Made by a program: the position numbers and the translations under genes. Of a stretch of 64,000 nt of DNA, positions 20,842-29,105 are shown in pieces. Position 1 is the stretch's first letter, and every line of letters begins with the position of its first letter. Where the stretch lies: assembly GCA_965213625.1 (NCBI GenBank), contig CBDBZU010000004.1, positions 4,070,369 to 4,134,368 on the forward strand, given 5' to 3'. The notes below the pieces were generated by a model. That model searched no databases and was not told where the DNA came from. It saw only the letters and a program-made list of their open reading frames with translations. This DNA is from a bacterium. GTDB lineage: Bacteria > UBA8248.

Positions 20842-21505
20842 GTGGTTCCTCCTGTCGTGTCGAGTGGTCATCTTCGCCCGGCGCATTCGTTTTGGACGCG
20901 CCCGATCCTGGCGTTTCCCTGAGCGCGTTCAGGCGCTCGAGCCAGAGCCTCGCCCCGCGGTCTGGAGCAAGGGACCTGATCCTTCTCTCAATCGGCGGGA
21001 AGGTGAGGAGCGGGGATGCATTCGCGCCCGCTCCCGGCACGTCGCGCGCCTCGGCCGCATCGGCCATCCGGGCCACGAAGCGAACGAGTTCCGCAGGCGC
21101 TGAAGCCGGCTTTGCACCGAGTCCGGCCGCCTCGCGCACCGCGCGGTCCGTTTTTTCACCGAGCCGTCTCAGCCGCGGCGTCGAGCGACGCGAGGGGGCG
21201 CCGCCGGACCCCAACCAGGCGACGGCGGCCTCATGCAGCAGAGCCAGGAGCGCCGCCTCCCTCACGTCGCCTCCCGTAGTGGCGGCCAGGTCCTCAATCG
21301 CCTCGCTCATCGCGACCCCGTGCGCCGCGATCGAGTGATAGCGCCTCAGCCGCCCACCCCTCCTGCAGGTGTTGGCGAGCACGTGGGCCACGGCTTCGAA
21401 GTCGACGTCTTCGGGCGTCAGCGATTCGGGATCCCCCGGCCAGGCGAGGGGTTTCTCACCCGCAGCACCCGCACCTTGTGTGGATGGTTTTTTTTTCGCG
21501 TTCAT
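20768..21505 (-). CDS. HD-superfamily phosphohydrolase (YfbR/YfdR-like), degenerate motif
   Basis: DFEAVAHVLANTCRRGG...YHSIAAH...ALLHEAA resembles the DIAH-L-CRF-GH/YSVAQH/LLHDAAEAY pattern; AAGGAG RBS. Confidence 0.65.
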   Translation of the reverse strand: MNAKKKPSTQGAGAAGEKPLAWPGDPESLTPEDVDFEAVAHVLANTCRRGGRLRRYHSIAAHGVAMSEAIEDLAATTGGDVREAALLALLHEAAVAWLGSGGAPSRRSTPRLRRLGEKTDRAVREAAGLGAKPASAPAELVRFVARMADAAEARDVPGAGANASPLLTFPPIERRIRSLAPDRGARLWLERLNALRETPGSGASKTNAPGEDDHSTRQEEPHATQAQTPKEEDGTPRAGGSRDAA

Positions 21506-21551
21506 GTGTTCTCCTTTTCGTGTTCATACTGATAATCTTGCGATGGATGAC

Positions 21552-24080
21552 TCATTGCTCGCCCTCGGCTGAAGTCTCCTCCGGGAAACCCTCATCCGCG
21601 ATTCGCAGTACGGCTTCTTCCGTCGTGAGGCCTTCACTTTTCAGTTTCTCGATCGCAGCGAAGGCGGGTCCACGCGAGGAGTAGAGCGCGCCCGACACCC
21701 GGTCGAGGACGAGCCGCGCGACGCGCCAGCCGTCGGGGCCGTGTAGCACGAGTTCGGCATGGCGCCCGTCCACCGTGGCCAGGCTCTTGAGCGCGCGCTC
21801 CATCCCGGGGTCGCAGTGGATGCGTTTTTCCTGCTTCAGGAGTTCGACGGACTCGTCCTTCTGTGCGAGAAAAATCACCCAGTCGGAGTTGTCCCAGGCC
21901 GCCCGCGCGGCGGGATTCGCATAGTAGTCGTTCACGCTCTGGGTGCCCGTGACGAGCGCGCCCCGGTATTTGCGAGCGCGTCTTGCGGCGCCCTCCAAAA
22001 ACGCCTTGCTGTCCTCGCCCGAGAGCAAATCCCAGGCCTCATCAATAACGATGGCCTTGGGCCGCGTCCTCGGCCCGTGGTACATCCGCTGCGTCGCGAG
22101 AAACACCACGAGCATGAGGACCACGCCCTGGAGGTCGCCGCGCCCCTTGAGTTCCGCCAGTTCGAACACGGTGAGCGCGGCGTCGAGCGCGGGCGTCCCG
22201 CCTCCCTCGAAGAGCCTTCCCATCGCGCCGCCCGGCCGCCAGGGACCGAGTGCCAACGCCATATCCGAGGCTCGCCTGTCCCCTGCGGCTTCGAGATTTT
22301 TCTGCACTAACCCTAAATCCGCGTCGTTTCCGGCCTCCTCCCAGGCGCGCGCGATGGCCTCATCGATCAGAGCCGCTTCCACGTCGTCGATCCGACCGCG
22401 CCTCCGGCACATCCGGCCTATGACCGAGGCCAGCATGGCGAAGCACTCCTCCCGGTAGTCGCCATCTCTCGCGGCGGTCTCCTTGTCGATCATGGCGAAG
22501 GGGTTCAGCCGCGCCGGGTCCTTGCCGAAGGCGATGAAGGCGCCGCCGAGCGCCTCGGCCGTATGCTGGAAGGATCGCCCGTCGTCGATGACGACGGCCT
22601 CGCCTCCCGCGCCGGCGATGCCTGCGACGAGTTCCTGCATCAGGACGGATTTGCCCGAACCCGACTTCCCCGTGACGGCCACGTTGTAGTTTCCCGCCTC
22701 GTTCGCGAACGGGGACCAGGGGGCGGGCTGGCCGCGCCTGCCCACGAGAAGCAGAGCGGGCGGGGCGTCGGAATTTTGCCGCTGGCCGCGCCACTCCCCG
22801 TGTACGGGCGCCAGGTTGACGACCGAGGAAGTGAGCAGCGTCTTCATCCGGCCCAGGCGGGCGAGGTCTGAATCGAGACCTCCCGCAGGCGCCATGGGCA
22901 GGCAGGAGAGCCAGGCGGGGAGGTGGGCGTAGCGCTCAGCACCCAGCCGCCAGCCCTGGCCGTGGTAGATCGCGCGCACCGCCTGTTCGGCCTCATCCAT
23001 CGCGTCCGGCGGCGCATAGACGCAGATGGCGTAACAGGCACGTACCAGGCGCTCGCCTTCCTTGAGACGTTCGGTCACGAAACGCCAGTCGCGCGCTTTC
23101 TCGGGCAATCCGGGCAGGTAGCGCGCGATTCCCGTCCCGGCCTGCTGCGTTGCGCGGGCGGACTTCAGGAACGCTCGCTCGCCGTCCGCCGCCTCGCCCA
23201 TCATCACGGTGAGCGCGGTCAGGACCGGCGCGCCGGGTTGTAAGAAGTCGCGATAGAAATCACCTATCAGGGCGTTTCCCCGCCAGCCGGGCCATACTTC
23301 CGGATATGCGCGCGCCGTCAGGACGCGCACGGCGACGTCGGCGCCATCCGGATGGTGGAAGAGGAGGCCCGCAGGCGTGACGCTCATCGCCCGTCCGGGG
23401 GCGGCGCATTGCAGATGGAGCGGGTCGCGCGGCGACCAGCGCCTCTCGGGCCGCATGAGGCCCCCGTCGTACGCCCCTTCGATGTCGGGCGCCGTCAGTT
23501 CCGCGGCGAGTGACAACAATTCGTCGGGCTCCGTCCGCCGCGCCCACGTCCCGATCGAGGCCAGCGCGCCCTCGAGTGCGCGCCGAAAGCCGCCGAGTGC
23601 GGTCTCAGGCTCCGGTCCCGGCCTTCCCGGCAGGCTCGCCGTGAGGAACACCCGGCAGTCGTTCAGCGTAAAGGGCGGCCCGCCCGCGTGGAGCGGACGC
23701 CAGCCGGCGCCTCTCAGGAGCGCTTCCCTGCGCTTCGCCATCACGGCCAGGAGACCGCCCGCCGTCTCCCTCGGCCCCGCCCACTGCGAGATTGCCTGCC
23801 CGTAACGGGGGCTCGCCCAGTGGATCACCTGAACCACCGAGCGCTCGGGCGCCGAGTCGGCCAGCGTTCCCGCGAGCGCGTCCAGCGTCCCCTCGTCCAC
23901 GCCCGCGAAGGGCGGGATTTCCAGGACGAAGCCCAGACCGCCCTCGTTCACGTAGAACTCCCCCGACTCGTCCCAGGCCCGCCAGGGGAGAAGATCCACC
24001 AGGGGCGCGGGCATGGCCGGGAGCGCGCGGGGCGCGAGCGCGTCCGCTCCGCCGAAGATATCCTTAAAGCGCCCGATCAC
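21552..24080 (-). CDS. traC: VirB4-family ATPase TraC
   Basis: NYNVAVTGKSGSGKS; VIDDGRSF; IDEAWDLL; RRARKYRGALVTGTQS. Confidence 0.95.
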   Translation of the reverse strand: MIGRFKDIFGGADALAPRALPAMPAPLVDLLPWRAWDESGEFYVNEGGLGFVLEIPPFAGVDEGTLDALAGTLADSAPERSVVQVIHWASPRYGQAISQWAGPRETAGGLLAVMAKRREALLRGAGWRPLHAGGPPFTLNDCRVFLTASLPGRPGPEPETALGGFRRALEGALASIGTWARRTEPDELLSLAAELTAPDIEGAYDGGLMRPERRWSPRDPLHLQCAAPGRAMSVTPAGLLFHHPDGADVAVRVLTARAYPEVWPGWRGNALIGDFYRDFLQPGAPVLTALTVMMGEAADGERAFLKSARATQQAGTGIARYLPGLPEKARDWRFVTERLKEGERLVRACYAICVYAPPDAMDEAEQAVRAIYHGQGWRLGAERYAHLPAWLSCLPMAPAGGLDSDLARLGRMKTLLTSSVVNLAPVHGEWRGQRQNSDAPPALLLVGRRGQPAPWSPFANEAGNYNVAVTGKSGSGKSVLMQELVAGIAGAGGEAVVIDDGRSFQHTAEALGGAFIAFGKDPARLNPFAMIDKETAARDGDYREECFAMLASVIGRMCRRRGRIDDVEAALIDEAIARAWEEAGNDADLGLVQKNLEAAGDRRASDMALALGPWRPGGAMGRLFEGGGTPALDAALTVFELAELKGRGDLQGVVLMLVVFLATQRMYHGPRTRPKAIVIDEAWDLLSGEDSKAFLEGAARRARKYRGALVTGTQSVNDYYANPAARAAWDNSDWVIFLAQKDESVELLKQEKRIHCDPGMERALKSLATVDGRHAELVLHGPDGWRVARLVLDRVSGALYSSRGPAFAAIEKLKSEGLTTEEAVLRIADEGFPEETSAEGEQ

Positions 24081-24607
24081 GGCAGCCTCCAGCGCGCGGG
24101 CGTCACCACGACGCGCACCCAGTGGCCCTCGCGGTAGACGCCCCCAGTATCCACGTAGGGCGCGATCCAGATGCGCGCGACCCGTTCTTTCGTGCGAAGG
24201 TGTTCATTCTGAGCAATCAGGGGCCCCTTGATCGCCTGAGTGGATAGAGGTTCCACCATGGCCGGCGGCGCCTGCGCCGGTTGCGCGACCAGAGGCTCCG
24301 CCGTGGCTACTTCCTGTTCGTCCTGTCCGGCATCTCGGATGAGGTCCACGAACCAGGCAATGAGGCCGCTCAGGACCGAGGAACCGTTTGTTTCCTTGGG
24401 GCGAGGGGGAGCGGGCAATTTCGTCTCCCGTCCCTCTCCCGGCGCACGGGCGGCGGGATCCGCCTCGGTGACGCTCTGACACGCCGTCCCCTGCGCGAGG
24501 GGGCACTGCCAGGACTCGCCCACGTGGCCGCTGCCCGCGCAACCCGTGAGGAGCGCCGCCAGCAAGAGGGGCGCGAGCGCCCGCATATGAAATTTTGTTA
24601 TTTTCAT
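24077..24607 (-). CDS. traV: Outer-membrane lipoprotein TraV
   Basis: Lipobox LTGC; WQCP...CQSV; RIWIAPYVD motif. Confidence 0.88.
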   Translation of the reverse strand: MKITKFHMRALAPLLLAALLTGCAGSGHVGESWQCPLAQGTACQSVTEADPAARAPGEGRETKLPAPPRPKETNGSSVLSGLIAWFVDLIRDAGQDEQEVATAEPLVAQPAQAPPAMVEPLSTQAIKGPLIAQNEHLRTKERVARIWIAPYVDTGGVYREGHWVRVVVTPARWRLP

Positions 24608-25818
24608 TTTTTGTTCCTCCGGTTCGTGGTTTTCTTGTCGTCCTTGCCGTCTAAGCGCGCGCCCTCGATGAACACCACCGTGACCCGCGTGCCGGTCTGG
24701 AGCTGGATCACGGGCTGGTACTGCTCGGCGCGCCTGATCAGGTAGTCCGCCACCCTGCGGCCGGCGGAACCCGCGCCGGCGCCGAGTCCCGCGCGGCCCA
24801 GCTCGCCCAGGTCCGCGCGTTCGGACCCCTCGGCCCCGGTGGGGACCCGCAGCATGCCGGCCGCCGTCTCGCCTGCGCCCGATACCAGGCCGGCGAGGAA
24901 CGCCTTCTCGACCAGCGCCCCCTCCCGACTCACCACGGGTCCCCGTACGCCCGCCTTGCCGCCCCCCGCCACGAAGCCCGTCACCCTCGTCTCAATCACG
25001 GTGTCCGGATCAGGACCTGAGCAGGTCATGGTCCTAAGCCGCACGTAGACTTTTTCCGAAGACAGGTCCCCGTAGGCCGCTCCCGTGAGCGTACAGCCCG
25101 TGACGTCCGCTTCCAGCGCCACGCCGGCAGCCGCCGCGCTCCGCGCCCTGCCCGTGAGCCTGAGCAGCACGGGCCGGGGGTCGCCCTGTGAGGACACGCC
25201 CACCGAGGCGTCCACCCCCGCGAGCACGATTGCCTCCGCGTAGGCGCCCGCCGGCAGCCACCAGGAAAGCGGCCGGGCGCCTGCAGCGGAACCTCCCTTT
25301 GATGGTTTTTCGAATTCGAGGATCATGGGCGCAGACCGGGTCGGGGGAATCTTCTCGCCCCGGGCGGGACGTTTCATTCCGGCGCCCCGGGCGGGTTGTT
25401 TGGCCTGAGGGGGTGCTATGGGTCGCTCTGCCAGCTTCCTGCGCAGTTGGTCGATGGCCGCCGCCTGGCGGTCAATCACCAGTCGTCCGTCCGCTGCGTC
25501 CTTGGTGATACGCTCGCGGAGCCTGGCGTTCTCCGCATCGATGCGTTTGTTCTTCGTATCGAGGTCCCTGAGCTGCGCCTCCATCTGCCCGATGCGGGAC
25601 TCCGAACGCCTGATCCAAACCGTCTCCGCAGACTTTGCTCCCGCCAGTTCCGCCCGGACGCCGCTCACGGGCTTCGGGGGCGCGCCGCCCCCTCCCGCCG
25701 AGAGCCAAAGCGCCAGGGCGAACAGGACCGTCGTGAGGAGAACCGAGAACAGGAGAAGCTGCCGGTTCCTGTTCTTCCGGCTCTCGGGGTCCACCCGGGT
25801 CTTCTCCTTATCGCTCAT
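24604..25818 (-). CDS. traB: VirB10-like TraB
   Basis: TM plus coiled coil; LPAGAYAEAIVLAGVDA, GDLSSEKVYVR, GVRGPVVSREG, RAEQYQPVI; start at MSDKEK. Confidence 0.92.
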   Translation of the reverse strand: MSDKEKTRVDPESRKNRNRQLLLFSVLLTTVLFALALWLSAGGGGAPPKPVSGVRAELAGAKSAETVWIRRSESRIGQMEAQLRDLDTKNKRIDAENARLRERITKDAADGRLVIDRQAAAIDQLRRKLAERPIAPPQAKQPARGAGMKRPARGEKIPPTRSAPMILEFEKPSKGGSAAGARPLSWWLPAGAYAEAIVLAGVDASVGVSSQGDPRPVLLRLTGRARSAAAAGVALEADVTGCTLTGAAYGDLSSEKVYVRLRTMTCSGPDPDTVIETRVTGFVAGGGKAGVRGPVVSREGALVEKAFLAGLVSGAGETAAGMLRVPTGAEGSERADLGELGRAGLGAGAGSAGRRVADYLIRRAEQYQPVIQLQTGTRVTVVFIEGARLDGKDDKKTTNRRNKK

Positions 25819-26539
25819 CGCGCGCCTCCGTCGTGTAGGTTTCATGCACCGCCACGACGATCCGTCCGCCCGATGGACCGCTTGCGTGCAAAGACCGCCA
25901 CAGGGCGGCGACGCCCGGCGCCATGCCTCGTACGAGGGTTTCGGGGTCATCCCCCGGACCCGGGTCCGCCTCGTATACGCGCGCAATAAACTTCCGTCCG
26001 CGCCAGATTTCCAGCCGCGAGAGGCCGTCCTTTCTCGGCGCGCCGGAGATCGTCTCGACCACGTAGCCGGGCGGAACCTCGCGCCGCGCCACGGCGCGCA
26101 CGAGCGCCACGAGCGCGCCCACGCGGCCATCTCCCACTACCGGGCCTTCCGTCAGCGGGGTCGCGGCGGCGTTTCGGATCAGTATCTGCGCTGAATCCCG
26201 CGCGACCGTCCTGAGCGAGAGTTTGTAGGTGAAACCCTTCGCCGTACCGATGAAGAGCGTCACTTGCGCGGGGTCTGCGCTTGCGCTCTTAAGAGGCCTG
26301 AGATAGAGGTCCCCTCGTGCCGCATCGTGTTCCACCGCGAAACCCGCCGCTCCTCTAATCACGCGCGCGACCCGATCGTTCGCCAGCGTTATCCGGCTCA
26401 CCGCGCGGTCCGAGACCACCGCCACGAGTTCGGCATGGTCGGCGGCTTCCAGTATCTGCATCGCGGACGCCGGGATCGCCCGGAACATGAACGCCGTCAG
26501 TAACAATGCGGCGCAAGTCGTCCAGAAATTCCTCGTCAT
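25808..26539 (-). CDS. traK: Secretin-like TraK
   Basis: Signal peptide; VSRITLANDRV, GDLYLRP, GFTYKLSL; position between traE and traB. Confidence 0.85.
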   Translation of the reverse strand: MTRNFWTTCAALLLTAFMFRAIPASAMQILEAADHAELVAVVSDRAVSRITLANDRVARVIRGAAGFAVEHDAARGDLYLRPLKSASADPAQVTLFIGTAKGFTYKLSLRTVARDSAQILIRNAAATPLTEGPVVGDGRVGALVALVRAVARREVPPGYVVETISGAPRKDGLSRLEIWRGRKFIARVYEADPGPGDDPETLVRGMAPGVAALWRSLHASGPSGGRIVVAVHETYTTEARDER

Positions 26540-27093
26540 TTCATATCCTCCATCTCCTCGAAACGAAGCAGGCCGATGCGGCCCGCGTCCATGCGGAAGG
26601 AGAGCCGGTAGCGCTTTCGCTCGCGCGATATCCGCTCGCGTCCCATCCAGGTGGCGAGCTCCCCGCTCACGAGGACCGTCAGTCCCGCAGGGTCCGCCTC
26701 GACCCGGCCGGGATAGAACGCCGTCGAGAGGTCGCGTCCCTTCATGCGCGCGGCCTCGGCCGCCACCCATGCGCCTATCGCGCCCCGGGCCGATGGATGA
26801 CTCATCCGCGCCACGGCTTCCCTGGCCAGCCCTGCGTTCTCGGGCGTGAGGGTCAGGAGCGTCGCGGCGACGGTGCGGCCCACGTCTTCGAGATACTTGG
26901 CCCCCGCCCGTCCGCCGCCCACCTCCCACGCAGGTCCCACGACGGCTGGCACCAGCACCGTCGTCCGCTCGACCGATGCGAGGCCGGCGCTCAGCGTAAC
27001 GTTGGCCAGCAGCGAGAGGCCGAGCAGAACGGCCAGAGCGGCGCGGCCGTCCCTGACGCGTCTGCGCTCCGTTTCCATGAGTTCTCGTTTCAT
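26536..27093 (-). CDS. traE: TraE
   Basis: TM; TVLVP; YLEDVG...LLTLTPEN; STAFYP. Confidence 0.88.
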   Translation of the reverse strand: MKRELMETERRRVRDGRAALAVLLGLSLLANVTLSAGLASVERTTVLVPAVVGPAWEVGGGRAGAKYLEDVGRTVAATLLTLTPENAGLAREAVARMSHPSARGAIGAWVAAEAARMKGRDLSTAFYPGRVEADPAGLTVLVSGELATWMGRERISRERKRYRLSFRMDAGRIGLLRFEEMEDMK

Positions 27094-27107
27094 ACCCTAG
27101 AGCCTCC

Positions 27108-27401
27108 TCATCCGGTGAAGCGGCGCAGGTGGCTCGGAGGTGCTGCCTTGAGGCCGAGCGCAAAGCCGGGCAGGAACCAGTAAAGGGCGCACAGCGCCGT
27201 ATCGGCCCCACCGCCCCGCTTCGCGCGGCGAAGCAGCGCCCAGCCGCCGAGCCCCGCGACGAGTCCCGTCACGAAGGCGTTCGCCGCCAGACCCAGCACC
27301 GCGGGCGCCAGGAGCGCCGCCGCCTCGTCGAGCGTCCAGAACAGCCAGCGCTCCGGGTCGTCCAGACGGGCGGGGATCGCGTGTTTCGCCTGATCGTTCA
27401 T
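27108..27401 (-). CDS. traL: TraL
   Basis: IPARLDDPERWLFWTLDE; LYWFLP; PPSHLRRFTG. Confidence 0.92.
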   Translation of the reverse strand: MNDQAKHAIPARLDDPERWLFWTLDEAAALLAPAVLGLAANAFVTGLVAGLGGWALLRRAKRGGGADTALCALYWFLPGFALGLKAAPPSHLRRFTG

Positions 27402-27410
27402 ACGTCCCCC

Positions 27411-27710
27411 TCATATGATCGCCGTTCCGACCAGACCGGTGACGACTCCTGTCCCGGCGCCTGCCGCGATGCCCACCCCCACCGCGCCCGCGATCTGCGC
27501 GGCGTTGAAGCGAAGCACCGAACCCACCAGGGCGGCGCCCACCGCGAGCGCGGCAGCCAGCTGTCCGCCCGTGCCCGAGACGATGTCCGTAACCGTGCCG
27601 AGCGGACCCGCGAACGTCGTGTCCGTCGTCGCGAAGACAGCCTCCACTTCACACAGCGTCCAGACGAGCGCCGCGAGCAGATGCTTTCCCCTGAGATACG
27701 TTCTCATCAC
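27411..27710 (-). CDS. traA: Conjugative pilin
   Basis: 99 aa; leader plus two hydrophobic helices; directly upstream of traL. Confidence 0.75.
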   Translation of the reverse strand: MMRTYLRGKHLLAALVWTLCEVEAVFATTDTTFAGPLGTVTDIVSGTGGQLAAALAVGAALVGSVLRFNAAQIAGAVGVGIAAGAGTGVVTGLVGTAII

Positions 27711-28441
27711 GCAACCCTCCTTCCGTCGTCCGAGGTGGAGGTCCGCCTCCGCGCAGCGGCCCAGGCCTCGAGGTCCGCGAGCAGGTAGCGCACCCGCGAA
27801 CCGAAACGATGAAACGCAGGCCCCGCCCCGCTCACGCGGTAGCGGTCCAGCGTCCTCGTCGAGAGGCCCAGCCAGTCCGCTGCCTCCCGCGTGCTCAGGT
27901 AATGCTTGCCGTTCTCGTTCATGTGCATCTCTCCTTCTGTCTCGGTCCCGCCAGTCGGGACCCCTGTAGTCTGCGGGCAGGATGCCCGTGGGAAAGGTTT
28001 CACCTCGGCCGTATCCGCCACCCGGGCGCGGATAACCCTCAGATCCTCTTCGCTCACGTGCGAAGCCATCCAGGTGCGCACCCGCTCAATCGTGGCAAGC
28101 CGCGGCGAATACCCGCGGCGCAGTTTCCACACGAAGGAAGGACTGCCCGTGGCCTCCTCGCCAAGCACCCGCGGCTTGGTATCCGTCAAGGCCATAAACG
28201 CCTCGACCTCGCTCCTGAAGGCCGGTCCCAGAGGAGCCTCTCCCATGAAGGCGAGCACCCGGTCCGCCGTCTTCATCCCTACGGAGCGTCCCCGGCGCAG
28301 TTCGTCCACGAAACCCGGATCTCCGAGCGCGGCCCTCCCGAGATATCTCGCACTCACGCCGTGGCGCGCGCACCACGCGGCAACGCAGCGGTTCAATTTG
28401 TCTACCAGGGGAATCTCTGTGTGATGAGCAAGTGTCTTCAT
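27707..28441 (-). CDS. Tandem Cro-like domains fused to an excisionase-type HTH (HTH_17/AlpA-like)
   Basis: Two repeats (ALGDPGFVDELRRGRS / ATGSPSFVWKLRRGYS); C-terminal YLSTREAADWLGLSTRTLDRYRVSGAGP...RVRY. Confidence 0.75.
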   Translation of the reverse strand: MKTLAHHTEIPLVDKLNRCVAAWCARHGVSARYLGRAALGDPGFVDELRRGRSVGMKTADRVLAFMGEAPLGPAFRSEVEAFMALTDTKPRVLGEEATGSPSFVWKLRRGYSPRLATIERVRTWMASHVSEEDLRVIRARVADTAEVKPFPRASCPQTTGVPTGGTETEGEMHMNENGKHYLSTREAADWLGLSTRTLDRYRVSGAGPAFHRFGSRVRYLLADLEAWAAARRRTSTSDDGRRVA

Positions 28442-28588
28442 GCGATAAATATATATGAATACAATTATTATTATCAATAACTAAATATATCTAGTTTCCT
28501 GCGATTTTTTGCCACCCCCGCTCTCATCTGCGAACGGCTGCGCAGGGATATGGCAAAAAAAGTGATTTTTCTCCACAGCGACGGCATT

Positions 28589-28668
28589 TACGGGAGCGAA
28601 GCGGAGCCCCCCGCGACTCCGTACGGGAGCGAAGCGGAGCCCCCCGCGACTCCGTACGGGAGAGAAGC
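28589..28668. repeat. 33-bp tandem repeat x2.4, each unit with an internal hairpin
   Basis: TACGGGAGCGAAGCGGAGCCCCCCGCGACTCCG at 28589 and 28622, partial copy at 28655; CGGAG/CTCCG stem. Confidence 0.9.
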
Positions 28669-29105
28669 TGTCGCTTGAACCCGATATACGAATATAATAC
28701 GAAAATAAATGACCCGCAACACAGGTCCATGCGGGAAACCTGATTACCTGAAATTCACGGGCGCGCCGCGCGGCATCACGGGAAAAACGGATTCCGCCGA
28801 TGATGGCCAGGAGAGTGGAATCGGGGTGAAAACCTGACCCGGGGGCCACCGGTCATCGAAAGCTGCGCACCCGCCGGCCGGGATTCCAACAACCCGCACC
28901 CTCTCCGAACCACCTGTAAAACCGGCCCGTAGCCTCTGTTGCGTGGTTCAATCGACGCTGAACGCAGGCGCCCCGGGAATCGCTCATATCTCCTGCAACT
29001 CGCCTCTCACCGCCGGGAGGCCGAGCCGGGCGGGGCGGGGGTGTAATTCGGGAGTCCGAGAGGGCTCCCGGCACGTTCCCATCCCATCCACAGGAGGAAA
29101 TTCGT

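Noticed and set aside
28589-28668. Possible mini-CRISPR (33-bp repeats)
   Set aside because: The repeats are directly adjacent with no spacers, and there are no cas genes
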